Shown one piece after another: positions 1-14,158 of a stretch of DNA of 64,000 nt. Every line of letters begins with the position of its first letter. Positions within the stretch are counted from its first letter, which is position 1. The notes below the pieces were generated by a model. The model was not told the origin of the DNA, ran no database searches, and worked only from the letters and a program-made list of their open reading frames with translations. Made by a program: the position numbers and the translations under genes. The DNA comes from Bilabrum cf. latius (Eukaryota): the NCBI GenBank assembly GCA_965178125.1, contig OZ237739.1, positions 992,001 through 1,056,000 on the forward strand, written 5' to 3'.

Positions 1-792
1 TCTGCCGCAGAGAGCAGGAGGCGATAGGTAGTCAGCGCGCGGTCAGCTGCCAGTGCAGGAGCCAGTTCTCCCATTGGAGGGGCATTTCGGACTGCGAGTG
101 GCGGCGCGTCTCCCTCCGCGCTGGCCTTGCGTGCGGCTGAATCTGCCGCGTACAGCAGCCGGGCTGGCATGGCTCGGGCCAGCAAGCGTGCGGCAAGCGG
201 CGGTGCCAAGGGCCGCGGCAGCAACGCGGTGGGTGGGCCACCACTAGTGCCGCGTCGAGCGTTCGCAGAGCTAGAGGCTGACTTCCACGCTGCTGATGCG
301 GTTCCAGGAGCCAGGCAGCAGCATGCTGCCCGAGGCAACAGCGTCGGGGGTGCCAAGCGAGTCAAGGCCAAGAGAACAGCGCAGGGGCACAGCAGAGAGG
401 AGTCGGCCGCTGCACCACTCTCCCTTGGTGTTGGCGGCGTTGGCCTTCAGGTGTCGGGACAGGGCGAGTCCGAGGGGGGCGGCTGGGTTGGTGTGGGGGA
501 TAGGGTGGCAGAAGAGAAGCAACGAGAGCTAATGAAGGAACGGCGCGCGGAAGAGCGGCTGAAGCAGCGGATCTAGGCGGGCGGAGCCAGAGCAATGATG
601 CCGGGGGGAGGGGGTGGTGCGCCAGTCAGGATTCCGGCTGGAGGTAGCCGCGAATCATCGCCCATTCAGGCAAAGCCAAGAAAGAAGAAGGACACTCTCA
701 AGCTCGCTGCGATGGCCTACGGCGTGGGAGGCAAGAGCAGCAAAAAGAAGAAGAAGAAAGCGCCTCACAAAAGGTCGCTTCTCATGTTGTAA
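1..792 (+). CDS. Hypothetical protein, 3' part (5' end outside window); low-complexity with Lys-rich C-terminus
   Basis: Frame 1 is open from base 1 through in-frame TAGs at 25 and 574 (joining track ORFs 127-576 and 595-792) to TAA at 790-792; ends KKKKKKKAPHKRSLLML. Confidence 0.6.
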
Positions 793-854
793 GTGATTGA
801 TTCTTGCACAACGAGGGTCAGCCAATTTCTCAATGCTTGTAGCTGCAAATCTGC

Positions 855-3800
855 TCAGTCATCTCTCAACAGCTTGACCCCAGCTGGAAACTTGCGGTGC
901 TTTCGCTTGTTCTCCATGCTGGTCTTCTTGCAAAGATCCTTGTGCTTCATCCTCGTGAGTCTGTCTGTCGAGGTGGCCGCCTGCAGCAGCTCCTTTGGCA
1001 CCACAACGTGCTGCCCAAGCCCTCCCGCGCGACTGCGGCTCGCAAGAGATTGCCCTGACCGGATCCCACCGAGCCTTTTAGGGCTCCTGCCACCCGTGAC
1101 CTGACTGCCGGACTGACCGTGGCTCCTCGGTCCTAGGCTGTGCCTGGCACCTGCACCAGCTGCGAATGCTGCGAATCTTGCACCACCTTCCGGTACTGCA
1201 ATCGCCACGCTGCGCTCCTCTCCGTCCACGGTGTCACCATCAGCAATGTCTGCCTCCTCCCTTGGCACACCAGCATCGGTGCCAGCGGTCTTTCGCTGAG
1301 AAGGGTCGTTGCCGCCTTGGGTCCAGCCCCGCATGTCGGATTCAGACGTTTGCCGCCCGGTGGTTGGTACGGCACCCGCCGCGGCCGCTGCGTGCTCCCC
1401 GGCGTCTCGGTGGCCGCTCGTAATTGCCGCATCAAAGTCGTCCGTGTCGCCTTGCGGTTCGCCATCGAGCCATTCTGTGACACCTATCCATAGCTCCTGC
1501 AGCGCCACAGCCTGCTGCTCCGTCATAGGTACACCCTGTGCATCCACTGCCTCCACCGCGCCAAGCAAAGCCCTAGCGCGGTCAGCTGCAACGCCGCCAA
1601 ACCCCTCCCTTTGGTGTATCCCAAGGATGCGATCAGCGAGCGCTGCCTTGTCTTGCAGCTCTTCTTGTACGCTGGCCGAGTCAGCCAATGCCATGGCCCA
1701 CTCGACCGGGTCGTCACCCTCCGCCATCTTGCGGTCGCCAGAGTCAAAAGTACCGGCAGCTGCCATCGCACCGAGGAAACCGCCCTGTGTAGACCCTTTG
1801 AGGGGTGTACTAGCCTTGCCCACCTTCGGTTTGGTCCGGCCGCGCAATTCGCCTGTGTGGTCTCCAAGGCCTGGCTGAGGCCGCCTGAGGCCCAGGGAAG
1901 ATCGTGACCGTCCAATAGCCAGGGAGGACTGCTTGCTGGCAACGGAGTCTCCCCCGTTTAGCCCGCTCTCCGTTGTAAGCGCGAGGCGGTTCTTTCTCAT
2001 GCTCTGAGGGGTCTTCGCAAGCTGCCTGGATGCGCCGCGCATCAGAAGGAACTCTTGCCCCTGCAGCATGGAGTCTGGCCCGCCGCCCCAGTCGCGCTTG
2101 GTTCGGAGGAGCGAGTGCACCGTCATGCCTCCCGGATAAGACCTGTCCGTTGGTGGAGAGATCATCGGGGAGACGCGACCAGCTGCTCCTGACCTGTCTG
2201 CCTTGAAGGTGCCGTCCCTGTTGCCTTGGATGCCAGTGATCGGTTCCAGCTGGCCGTAAACTCGACCTGTATTTGCCTACGGCTCGTCGTATGCATGATC
2301 GGGATCCAGCACTGCATGACCGGTGCGTCTTGAAGCGACATCAGTCCCGGCATTTTGTGACGGACGCACCAGACGGTCCGATACGCTGGGCGACGATCCC
2401 GTTGTCCCAGCGGGCTTGGTAGCCAGCGGACGAGTCGCGCTGCCATGCTTCAGTGACCCTCCTACCTTGCCCTGTGGTGCACGCGGACTGCCGAAGTCTC
2501 CCTTTCCCCGTTGTTCCCACTCTTTGGGTGTCATGGCCCGGCTGGCGCCCATGGATCCAGCAGGAGATAGGCCGCCTATGGCTCGAAGCACATCCTCGCC
2601 AGCCCCGTTCCGGCCCTCAGGCGACTGGGCGCCGCGCCTTGACGTGCGCAGCTGGACCTCAGCCTTTTCTGCAGCAGAAATCTCTACTCTTTGGTGGTGG
2701 GAGCCATCGGCACCTGCCTTCCTCTTGGACAGCTGGGCCGGGTGAAGGCTACGTTCCATGCGCTGACGCTGCACCACAACCGCGGCTGCAGCGCCCATCT
2801 TGGTTCCATAACTGGTGACCAGGACGTTTGGTGCCGTGGCCTGCTTCGTTCGCAGCCTTGTGATGGTGCGCTGCATCTCATGAACGCTTGCGTGCCCATC
2901 CGCGGCCACCTTTTCGGCCTTGCGTTGGGCCTGTTCGGCCTGCTCAAGCTTGCGCTAGTACCGCTGGACCATCGATTCCAGCTTGTTCTTCTCTTCTTCC
3001 GCTTGCTGTACTGCTTTGGCGGCCACGCTTGCATCACCACCAACAGAATCCATCATCTCCTGCAGCCTTGCAATTCTCATTTCTGCCTACTTTTGTTGCT
3101 GTCGCAGCTAGCCGCTCTCCTACCTGAGCTTCTGCAGCTCCCGATCAGCCTGCAGCGCCCTCTCCTCCTCCTCGGCCTTCTCTCTCTCCAGCGCAGCAAG
3201 GGCTGCCTCAGTGCTGTCGAGTGCCCTCTGCATCTTCTCGATCTGCTCTGGGCTCGGTCCATCATCGTTGCTAGCTCTAGCTAGTCGCGCACGAAGTTGA
3301 GCGACCTGTTCGAGAGCCTCATCACGCTGCTAGTTCGCAGCGGCCTCGGCCTCCTGCGCCTGTCGTAAGTCTTGCATCGCTGCAGCGAGATCCTGCTTGC
3401 TACCAGCACCGGACAGGGCGCGAAGTTGCGCTTCCAGAGCCTCTCGGGCTTTCTTCGCTTCGTCTAGCTGAGAGCGCATGTCATCACGTTCCTCAAGAGC
3501 AGCAGCAGCGCGCCCCATGGCCCCGGCTGCTTCGTCAGGTGCAGTGGCGTCGCTGTCACCTAGTGGTCGACCATGGTCGAGCTGCTGCTTGGTGGCGGCC
3601 AGATCTGCCCTCGCCAGCTCAAGCTCCTTGCGAAGCTGTGCCAGTTTGGCGCCCTGATCGTCCTCTGAATCGACAGATGAAGCGTGCCCTGGCGCCTATG
3701 CGCGTTTCTTCAACTGCCCTCGCAGCGCTTCGTTGTCGCTGTTCGCTGTCTCCAGCTCGTCGCTGAGCTTGGAGCACCGGTCGTCTGTCGAAGCAAGCCT

Positions 3801-6800
3801 GCCTTCGAGCGCCTTGACCTCTGCCCGCAGAGCATCGCCATCTTCCTTGAGCTCATCTACCTGAGATTTGAGCTCGGACTCTGTCGATCGCAGCTGGCTG
3901 ACCTGCTTTTTGAGTTGCTCGGACAGGGCTAGTGCGCGAGCGAGCTTGGAGCTTGCCTCGTCTGCTGCTTTTGAAGACGATGATGCTTTCTGGGCAGACT
4001 CTAGCTCCGATTGCAACCTTTCAGTCTCCTTTATCTGCTCCTCAAGCCTGGACTGCGCCGTGTGCAGCTCCTATTTGGATGTGTGGTGCTCGTCTAGCGC
4101 GGTCTTCAGCTGGCTCTTCAGCTCTCGGAGCTGTTCGCCCATCATGCTCCCTGCGTTGGCGTCTTCCTGAGCGAGCTCAAGCTTGCTCTGCAGATCTTGG
4201 ACGCGGTCCTTCTCTTCCTTAAGCTCCTGCTTGGCCTTCCTTAACTGCTCCTGCATCTCTTTCACGAGCTGCTCCAGTCGACCCTAGTCGCCCCCGCCCT
4301 GCTTGGCCTGCTGCAACCCAAGCTCCAGTGCGTCCACCTTTGACTGAAGCTCAGATGCCTTGGCTTTGGCTTCATCTGCCTCCCTGCGGGCCCCAGCCTC
4401 CGCAGACTTGGCTGCAGTCGCTTCGGCAGCGTGTGAAGATGCCTGCTCCCTCGCAGCAGCGAGCTAGGCCTTGACCTTCTTGGCTTCTGACGCTGACAGG
4501 CCGATGTCAACGTCGTCTCCGATGCCCTCCTCGCCGTCCTCTGCACCGACGTGAAGATGAGCCACGTGTCGCTTCAGCTTGAGCAGCGCCTGCGTCAGCT
4601 CTCTCTCGCGCTCCACCATCTCGCGCCGCTCTCTGCGGGCTGCTGCCAGCTCCCCCGAGGAGGCCCTGTGCTCTGCCCGTGCCCTCGTGACCTCCTTCTT
4701 CATCTGATGCGCAGCCACCTCCATCTCGTGCTGCTTGCGCTCAAGCTTGAGATTCACGTCTTTCAGCCGGTCTACCTTCGGTGCGACCCCGCGAAGGGTG
4801 TACTTTGCCTGCTCTAGTTGGGTTTGCAGCTCCTGTGCTGTCTTGACCTGCTCCTGCAGCTGTGCCTGCAGTGCAGCCACAGAGTCCTGAAGCCGCTGGG
4901 CCTGCTCTTCGAAGGCAGTTCGCATCTTTTGGTTTGAAGCCTGCAGCGCTTGCGTGGCGGTTCGGAAGACTCCCATGAGCTGCTGCTTGGCCGTCTTGAC
5001 GGTGGAGATAGAGGCATCAAGGCCGCCTTTGAACTTGCCCACGTCGATGCCGGAGAGGAGGGCCTGCGTGACGGTGTGGTCGTCGAAGTCCCGCTCGTCA
5101 CCTTCTGCTCCACCCGTGGATCGAGCCTGTGGCCCCACGCTCCTCGTGGTGGCATTCAGTAGCATCGGGTCGTCCTCGTCCTCCAGCACCCAGCCCGCAG
5201 CATCCCCATCCCCGGACCCCTGCTGGGTCTCGAGAAACTCCTTGGTTACCGTCCGGCGCCGTGCCTCAGTCTTCTATCCCAGCTACTCGGGACTCAAAAG
5301 CCGCTGCTCGATCCTGTCGAGCGCTTTCATATCGGCTCCCTCCAGCTTCTCGATGGTCTTTGCGGGCATGCTTTGCGGGTATGGCGACGGCGCCGGTGCA
5401 TCTGCCGACCCCCTGCGGCTGCTCGCAGCAGAGCCGCCCCGTCCTCTGCCCTAGGCGATCCCCTCCTGCCGCAGGGCAGCAGATGCGCTGAGTCTCTCTT
5501 CCACTTCCTGCATGAGTTTGTCCCTGCTTGCTTCGAGGTTCCGGTGTGCCATGGCCAGATCTTCCCTCAGTCGGAGCGATGTGCGGGTGACCGTGCTGAG
5601 TGCGCCCGCCGTGGACATCTTGCTCTCTTCCAGGGCCTGTTTCTTGCGCTGCATTGATGCTTGCATTCGCCTGTTGTTTCCGATGCCAAAATGGCCTTGC
5701 TGCGCCGCACCAGCACCACCCATTGCACCGGGTGCACCCCCGGACCCGATCATGCTCCCTGCGCTTGACCCACGCCTTCCCTGCACTGGTGTACCCGCTC
5801 TGGAACTATGTGCGCTGCCCCCTTGGGAGTGAAAAGAGGACGCCAAGGTCCCTCTGCGCGGTCCTACGCTCGCCATACCGCTCCCCTGCGGTGCACCTGC
5901 ACCTGAAATGCCGCTGGCATGCGGGGCAAGCCCCGGGGAGGTCTGCCTGAGGGGCGACTATGGCAGAGAGGGTAGCACACCTTTCTTGTGCTCGCCGGTG
6001 GGAGAATCCACGCGAATCCGCATCGGCTTTCCGGCCGGGGCGCCTGGGGCTGCTGCACTCGTCACACCGGATGGCGACTGCCGGCCTGAGATGGTCCCGT
6101 CGGCTCCTCCACGAATCGATGCTACCGAGGAGGGCGTGGCCGCCAGCGACCTTCCCACCCCCACCGAACTTGCAGTGCCTGGAGGATGCACCGCCGAAAA
6201 CCCACCCGAGCCGAAGTGAAGCTCGGGACCATCCGCATCCGACACCATGGAGCCCGCCTGGCTGCTGCCGGCAGCTCCAACTGCTTCATCCTCCCAAGCC
6301 CTGTCGAAGCCAAGCAAAGCGTCGTCGATTGACCCTTTTATCTTTGCGAGCTCCTTATTAAAGCCCTGCTGCCGCCGCTCAGCTTCGCGCTTCAGGTCTT
6401 TGACCCGTACGGTATGACCTGGAAGGTGTGAAGGACCCACCAGATCAGGAAACTCGATTTTGCCACCGACTCGCTTGGTGACAGCGTCTTTGCCTGATTT
6501 CCTGAATGCTGCAGTAGCTTTGAGCATGCGCCGTGCTGCAGCCCAACCTTTCCCCCCGCTCGATCGGGACGATGGTCTCGACGACTGCGCAGCACCCTTC
6601 GCCTGCGGCGAGGCTCGCCGGCTCACCGGCGAAGGAGAGCGAGCCGACTAAGATAGAGTACGAGTTGGACTTGTATTTCGGCTGCTGGGCAGCGAGCTTT
6701 GGGATCTCGCGTGGTTTCTGTTGCGCTTGCCTGTAGTTCGAGCAAGGGGCACTCTACCGCTGGGCTGGCTCGCAAATACCTTCGAAATTGCATTCTTTGT

Positions 6801-6842
6801 CCGGTTCTCAAACAATTGCTTGCTATTTGATGATTTTTTCAT
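855..6842 (-). CDS. Large coiled-coil protein (~1995 aa), function unknown
   Basis: Nine minus-strand track ORFs share one frame and are separated only by TAG (at least 15: 2277, 2955, 3087, 3108, 3120, 3330, 3696, 4071, 4284, 4464, 5274, 5283, 5451, 5958, 6648). No TAA/TGA seen until TGA at 855-857. E/Q/K/A/L heptad-rich centre. First in-frame ATG at 6842. Confidence 0.8.
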
Positions 6843-6979
6843 TAAATCAGCCGCAGTCAATCACAAACGTGGCCAAGAGAGTGCTGTGAACGCATTCAAC
6901 AGATAGTTGCCGTTTTGCTCTCTTGTCCCGGTTTATGCTTGCGCTGTCCCAAGTGACCCAGAGGACATATCATGCATGC

Positions 6980-9205
6980 ATGCGTGCAATAGTATTGATA
7001 TGTGCAATACTGTCTGCCCCCTTTGTCCGTGATGGCGTCGCAAGAGTGGTTGGGGATGGTGGACTTGCTGAGCTGACCGCGAGAGCGATTGCCTCTCGAT
7101 TGACTGGAACCGTTCGGGACGAGAGTTTTTAGCAAGAAGCCTTCACAAGTTTGGGATGTCCGCATGTATCAACTACGCGGAGCTTTGAGCTTGCAGCGAT
7201 CAGGCCAGTGAACCTTGCGCAATAGCGCGTGTCCCGGTCGAGCCGGTCCGATGATCCACAACACGGAGTCCAGAGCCAAGCAGGGCCAAGTGTCGCCCAC
7301 AATTGGATGGCGGGGCTACCAGCTGCAGTGCGGCCAGTATTACCACTTGCCCCAACGAATGCGGTGGCAGATAGATTGGCTCCACTCGCGTCGCTCGGCA
7401 AGCTGCTACAGGCTGCCGCGAAAGCCTCCAAGCAAATTCGAGTGTGGGACACTGGGCTGCAGCATGTAGATCGCTCAGGGACACTCCGTTAGATATAGGG
7501 CTGGGCCTAGGCAGCTGGTTTCGACCCCTATCTTCCTCTTGTCCCCGAGGACCCCTTGGGGGTTGCAGCTGCACAGGCTGCAGGGGCGCACCCGGTGCTG
7601 GGAGCAGAGCTGCAGGTATTTCTTGCCATTGGGGAGGGACTGGCGCAGCAGCTCGTCGTACCACCACAGTGCAATGCACTCGTGCTGCAGCTGGAGTAGG
7701 GGTGGCAGCCGAAATTCCCGAAAGCGCTACTGCAGCGGGCTCTCGGTGTTGATCCCAAAACCGCTGCTTCTGCTGCTGCCGCTGGGATCCAGCGTGCCAA
7801 TAATGGTACTAGCACCGGAGACACGCAGCACATTGCATTTACTCTCCGCACAGCCGCATACGGGATACCAGCCAGCCAGTGTGCCAAGCACGGTTTCGCA
7901 CCGACAGTGGTGTTGGACTATGCGAGCGGGAACGCGCATGCATACGCATCGCAAGAAATGCCGCCTCTAGATACCGATGCTGGTACAGAGCAAACAAACG
8001 GTGCGTAGGTGTGGAGACGAGTCATCGTCGGGCTGTCCGCGCTGCAGGTGCCAGACCCTTGGACACGATCTGCCCAAAGGTCGCAGCTCCAGCGCCTGGA
8101 AGAGGCGAGGGCGGTGAACGGGCAGCAGGGAGGATCGGAAGAGTCGCTGCGGTAGTGGAGACTGCGAGACGTGTCGGTTGGGTTCTACGGGCGCGTGTCA
8201 CCCCGCCGGCTGGTGCTCCTGAACGAGTTGCAGTCATTGATGGCGGGCCAGCAGATCTCCGTCCCTTGGCTCCCGGCTCCAGGGAACAACGGAAACTTGA
8301 GCCACCCGTCGGGGTCAGTTGGCCGGGGTGCACTGGGGCAGCAGCCACAGGCACCCGTGGGTGACAAGGCACCACTTGGCAGCTGCTGGTGGAGCCCAGG
8401 TACTGGGGCAAGCGGGAGCCCGCCGAGCAAGGGTCCTTCTGGCATGTCAGAGCTGTTAGTGGGCGGCGAGGGGCTCCGGCAGTTCCTATCGCGGGTGCAG
8501 GTGCTGCTGAACGTGCGAAAGCAGGGCCCCACCCTTGGCATGTGGGCGGCGGGTGCGTGCGGCGCCGACAAGGCCGCCAGGGTGAAGCAAGTGCTCGGTG
8601 CTCGCTTCGCGGCGGACGCGGCGGTCAGCTACCTGTTAAGCGCCGCGCCACGGGGAGTCACCGATGACTCGGAGCCCGAAATCGACAGGGGAGCCTTGCT
8701 GCGACACGCAGCTGAATTCCGGCGGGCCACGCAGCTGCCCGCAGCAGAATCGCAGAAGTGCTCGCCCTATGCAGTTGAGCAACTAGCCGGTATTCGTCGG
8801 CTGCGAGAAACCGAGAGCGCGGGGATAGTAGAGCCGGCTGTGCGACCGTACCTGTGGGTAGGTCAAGGCGGGCTGCAGTGCCAAACGGACGACACTCCAG
8901 AGCTGCACAGACTGTCGGAGGCAGGCGGGACCGTTGGAATCGCAGTGAGCGAGAGCGGACGATCCACAGGACTTATGGCGAATGCCTCGGGACTGCCAGG
9001 GTTCGGTGCCAGCGAGCCGCGTCTCGTCATCGAAGGCGACATTGTAGAGCTGGCCGCGCTTCTCTCGCTTCTGTTCAGTCGGGGGTCAGGGGCCGGGGTT
9101 CGCGAGTAGTACATGGCTGATCTGTCTGCCACGGCTCGATAGGGGTGGTACGACCTTGTAGACGCACACAGGGCGTGGATTGCGTCCTCTGTGGCTGGCG
9201 CATGA
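6980..9205 (+). CDS. Hypothetical protein with signal-peptide-like N-terminus (~741 aa)
   Basis: One frame joins 6923-7132, 7229-7492 and 8171-9109 through TAGs only and ends at TGA 9203-9205. N-terminus MRAIVLICAILSAP; alternative ATG at 6935. Confidence 0.65.
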
Positions 9206-9318
9206 GCAGGACGTCGCGCCCTCCCGAAAACCACAAAGGACACGTTACTCCGAGCGAGAGCCAGCGGTCACATAACTTGGTGGTTAGGAAGAGATGAAAC
9301 GCTAATTGTATTTTTGTG

Positions 9319-12180
9319 ATGACGGATAAGGTTTATATTCATGCGACGCGCTCTTTGTGGTTCCGGCTGCTGCAGCTTGCGTTGCTATCCCTCCTTAACT
9401 TGGGGTTGCAGACCTCATACGATTCTGTAGGTGCAAGTGCTCCTGTATTGAGGGACTCATGGGGAATGGACGCAGAAGCAATCGGAGATTTAATAGCAGC
9501 ATACCATTTGCCTAATGTGGTGATGGCTGCTATTGGCGGGATGCTCGTAGATTGGATTGGTGGCGAGCTCGCGAGCGTTGTGTTCGCATCGTTTGTCGTC
9601 GTGGGCACCGCCATCACAAGCGCAGCCCATACGCTTCAAGCGATGCTAATCGGACGAGTCATCTTAGGGCTTGGGGGCGAATCCTTGGTGGTTGCCTAGC
9701 TCGCGATTCTCACGCATGCCTTTCCGATGGCCGGCTCAGCGGATGCCTTGAGCAGCTTTCCGTCGCAAGGAGTTGCCCTTGCGATGCAGCTCATGGTCAC
9801 AAGAGCCGCAACATTAGGAACATTTCTATTGCTTCCAGCTGCGTACGACACGGACCACTTGTCCAAGATTGCGAAGGACGCAGCGGCCGGGGGTCGGTCG
9901 GTGCGAGCGCAACCGAGCGCCTTCGAGGCCGGGCCTGGGACTATCTTAGTGACGATATCACTGGTGTCTCTGGCCCTCGCACTGACCTTGTTGTTCATGC
10001 ACGGCTTGCTTGGCTTTTCGACTCCTGCCTAGGTGCATCTATTGCCGTGCTTTGTCAAGGGCACTGGCCATGGGGATGGGGGCGAGGACGGGAGCGGTGG
10101 CGGCGGCAAGGCATTGGGAGATGGGACTCCGACCGATAGTGACAGCTAGGCTGCATGTTCGTGCCTCTGCTGCTCATCGCGAGGACAACCCAAGCTTCTG
10201 TAGAGCAATGCAAAAGCGGCAGAGGATGGCTCAGGGAGGTCAGCGCCCGAAGTTGGGCAGCAGGCTGCAGCTCCAACCGCCGCAGTCACACAATTCGACG
10301 ATGCCGGTGCGCTAGGACAAGCCGAGGATGGCTTGGGTAGGAGTGGAACTGCGGAAGACTCGGATGCTGGTGCCGGTGCTGGTGCTGGTACGCGAGGGTT
10401 TAGGCATAGGATAGGCACTAGTGGCGGTCAACCTGCCCCACGCTTGGGTGGAGTGGAAGATAGCGAAGACCCGCTCTCAACTGAGGAGCAAGACAGGAGA
10501 CAGACGGCTGGCCGTGTGCGAAGGCTCAGCGGCAAGCAATCGAATTTGTTCGGCAGAGGAAGGCACGCCCTCCCTGGCGAGGAGCAGCACGAGGCAGAGG
10601 CGCTCTACAAGCAGCGAGGCGCGAAGTCAACCCCTACAAGCTATATTCCGTTGACAGACGCTGGGACATCTGCTGCTGGTTCAGTGCCTGGGGCTTCTCC
10701 TGCAGCTCCCGTCGAGGGCACATCACACGGTGCACGCCGCAGGCTTGGATTCAACAGCCCGCCCTCTCTACCAGCTGGATACAGCGCGAGCGTTCGTCTG
10801 ACTGGATTGCCATCCCGTCTGGAACATTCGCCTGCGGCGGCGGTTCCATCCATAGGTGGCCCATCCGATGTCCTAGAATCGGGCGCTTCGACCCCAGCGA
10901 ACCGATCCAGGGGGGGCCAGAGTACCCGGTCGAGACATAGCAAGCGCTCCCGTCGCAGTGCCAGAAGAAGGCGCCAGGACGCAGAGCCCCTGCCGCCCGG
11001 AGACTAGGCGGATTTATCCGACGGGAGTAGCTTGGACGAAGACAGAGATGTAGCGGAGGAAGTGCCCCTCGCAAAGCGAGGTCTCCTGATGCGATTCCTG
11101 TCGCTGGGGTGCGACTCGTGGCAGGACCAGGTGTGTGGGTGGCAGCGCCGCCCCGCACCCCTTCGAAGCGCGCGCGAGAGCCATCAGAAAAGAGTATTCC
11201 GCGGCGCAAAGGAGGCGGATGGTGGGGTTTGGGAGGAGGACGTGTCTGACCCCGGCGAGGCATCGTCGCCTGTGTACGCGCGGGAGAGGCGGCGGGGGTG
11301 CCTCGCGTGCATGGACATGTCGTGCTGGAGGTCGATGGGCTGCGCCGAGTGCTGCGATGAGGACGGATGCGAGGAGTGCCTGGGCGAGGACGGCTGCTGC
11401 GGGTGCTTGCTGTGCCTCGATGATTGCGGGTGCACGGAGGCGTGCGAGGATGGGGGGTGCTGCAGGTGCGACACGTGCAGCCGTGCGTGCGGCTGCGATG
11501 CCCTCGGGGCTTCGTGCTGGGCCTGCCTCACCTGCGAGATGGATCCTCCTGCCGATGGAGCCGGTGGCACGCGTGCGGTGGGCGTCATGGGGAACAGATG
11601 GGTGCTGTTCCTGCTCGGGTCCTTTTTGGTGCTGTGGTCCGGGGCCATGATCACTTTCGTTGACTTTGCCACGGACCTGTTTGCCGACCGGTGGCACTAC
11701 ACTCCCGCGCAAGCTGGCCGAACCACGTCGCTGCTGACTCTGTGCGCCATCGTGCTGATGGTGCCGGTCGGGGCGGTGGTCGATGCGACGGGTCAGGTGG
11801 GCGGGTTGCTGGTGGGTGGTTCCTCAGTGACTGCCCTTGGGATCGGGCTGCTGTGGCTGCTGCCGGTGCTGCCCCCGGAGTGGGGGGCTCTGCTGATCGG
11901 GATTGGAGCGGCCGTGGTATCGGCTGTGCTGTGGCCTGCTCTGGGTCAGGTCATCCCTGCAGGGTCTCGTGGATCGGTGCTGGGGCTGCTGCTGTGCCTG
12001 CAGAACCTGGTGCTGTGCTTCGGGCCGATGGCGCTGGGCGTGTTGCGGGACGCTGGGGGCGGGTATGACGAGGCGCTGGTGATTTTCGCTGGGCTGGTGT
12101 GCGTGTGCGTGTTTCTGTGCGGTGCTCTGTTGGTGGCGTGGCAGAGGGCCATGGGACAGGGCGTGAACAAAGGGGCGTGA
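9319..12180 (+). CDS. MFS transporter, MFSD1-like (~953 aa), with a very long central loop containing a Cys-rich tract
   Basis: GRVILGLGGESLVVA-TAG matches MFSD1 GRFVFGIGGESLAVAQ; motif A-like GGMLVDWIG and GAVVDATG; two hydrophobic TM bundles. In-frame TAGs at 9697, 10030, 10147, 10201, 11005; TGA stop. Confidence 0.85.
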
Positions 12181-12454
12181 CTTGATCGATGAGATGGAGG
12201 GGGATCTTGCAGTGGAGGACCGTCGAGCTGGACTGAGAACCATGATTGGTCGCCGTTCGGTTTCGCTCCCGCCCTTAGGGTTCCGGTCATTTAGCGCAAG
12301 ATACTGTCTTCAAGGTTAGTTCATTGCATCACATTGCACATCTGATCGTTGTGGTGGATCAATCCGGAATATTGCATTCGGCAAATCCGAGCTTGCAGAA
12401 ACTTCAATTGTATTTCACAGGACGGCTCGTTCTTGCCTGTTCTGTGTTTGCATC

Positions 12455-14158
12455 ATGGCAGGTGATCGATTCTCGGTGCGAAAAGAGGTCGAGCAATACG
12501 TCACTGGTAGTCCGTACCGAGATATCGAGACGATCGTAAGAGATAGTAGCGGGGCATTTCTATTGCCTCCGGAACTGCTGGATCGAGATTTCGGTGTCGA
12601 TTGTATTTGTTGGCAACGCGATTTGTACTTGCTTGCTACTTGTTGATTGCAGGCGGGATCCGATGGCATGCACGAACGACACAAACGAGGCAGGAACGAC
12701 TTCGCACCACAGTGCACGTTGGTTGCCGAGTTTGTCGGCTGCGTCCTTCGAGGATACGCCCGCGGTAGCATGCCTGCAGGATCCGGCACCGAGGCGCTCA
12801 AGCGCCTGCAGACTGCCATGGGAGCCGACGGAGTGCGCTTGCGGTCGCTGCGCCTCGTTGGCGAGACGATCGATGGTGCAGCGGGCCGATTGCTGTGCGA
12901 GATGGTGTGCATGGGAGGCGATAATGAGGGGTTGCGCTGCTTGCATCTGTGTGACTGTGACTGGGAGGCTGGAGCGATGGAGGCGTTGTCACCAGCGATG
13001 CTATGGGATGGTGTTGATGGCCGGCTGGACGCTCTGCTGGTGCAGGATACAAGGGAGTCCATCGATGGGATGCCGATGGAGTGCGTGAGGCGCCTTGGGA
13101 CAGTGCTGCAGGACGCAAGGTGCAGCGTGCGTGTGCTGGGCCTGAGCGGGCTGCTTGGATGTAAACGCGACACTGGGAATGGTCTGTGGTGCGCACCTGT
13201 GCTAAAAGTCCTGATTAACCGGAATGCGTTTATAGCTTATGCCATCGGGCTGAACAGCAGCGTGACGTACTTCCAAGCTGGAATGTGCGTGGTCGGCGCC
13301 GGCACTCTGCAGGCCTGGACGGATGCGCTGGCAACTACGCGGACGATACTCCAGCTTCAGATATTCTTCATGGTCGGGACGAAGCAAACGAGTTATCTGC
13401 TGGGCGAGTAGGTGGCCCGCATCGTGCGGGAGAACAGGAGCATCCGCGATCTGAAGCTGTTCTTCAATATGCAGGTCAACCCCAACCCCGGTTACACTCG
13501 CATGGGTCGATTGCGTGAGGCCATAGGGCAGAACAAGACACTTCGGTCGATCGCGATCGGGTACAGGCACGAGTACTGCTCCAATCACGAAGAATTATTC
13601 AAGCAATACGATTGGACGGTGAATACCGTGATTGCCAACCCGCGCATTGTGCATTTTGACTGGATCACTGTGCACATAGGGGATATGTACCACAGATTGT
13701 GTCCGACCTTGCTGCCTCGATTGCAAGCCATGCATTCGAGGCAGTCCAGGGTGTGGGCCATGATTAGGCACCGCCATGCAGCGCAGGCCCATCGGAACGC
13801 AGGGCTTGTCTATCAGGCTGCAGCGGAGGGGCGGCCGATGGAGCTGGCGAAGCGGCTAAAACTTGGCGTCATGGCAGGCACAGCTGAGAGTCAGGTGGGT
13901 GTCGGTGGGTCGATACAGAACGCACTGAAAGCAGCTGTGTCCAATGGGCACGACGAGTGTGCGCTGCTGGTGCGTCGGTCACTGGCACGCGAGCTGCATC
14001 GGAGGTTGATTTACTCTGGCTAGGACATGCAGAGGTCGACTGCTCATGTAAGCAAGGAGGTGCTGCCAAGTCTGTCGATTGGTAAGCCCAGAGCCGCGCA
14101 ACCAGCTATGGCGATGCCGGACGAAAATGAAGCTGATGGGTGTTGTGTGCTCTCATGA
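12455..14158 (+). CDS. LRR(RI-like)-ankyrin-CaaX protein, copy 1, subfamily A (~528 aa)
   Basis: Exon 1 12455-12535; intron 12536-12652 (GTAAGA...TTGCAG, phase 0); TAGs at 13409 and 14021. Repeated NxS/TL/IxxL motifs (NSSVTYF, NRSIRDL, NKTLRSI); ankyrin-like LVYQAAAEG and ALKAAVSNGHDECALLV; ends GCCVLS-TGA. Confidence 0.8.
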
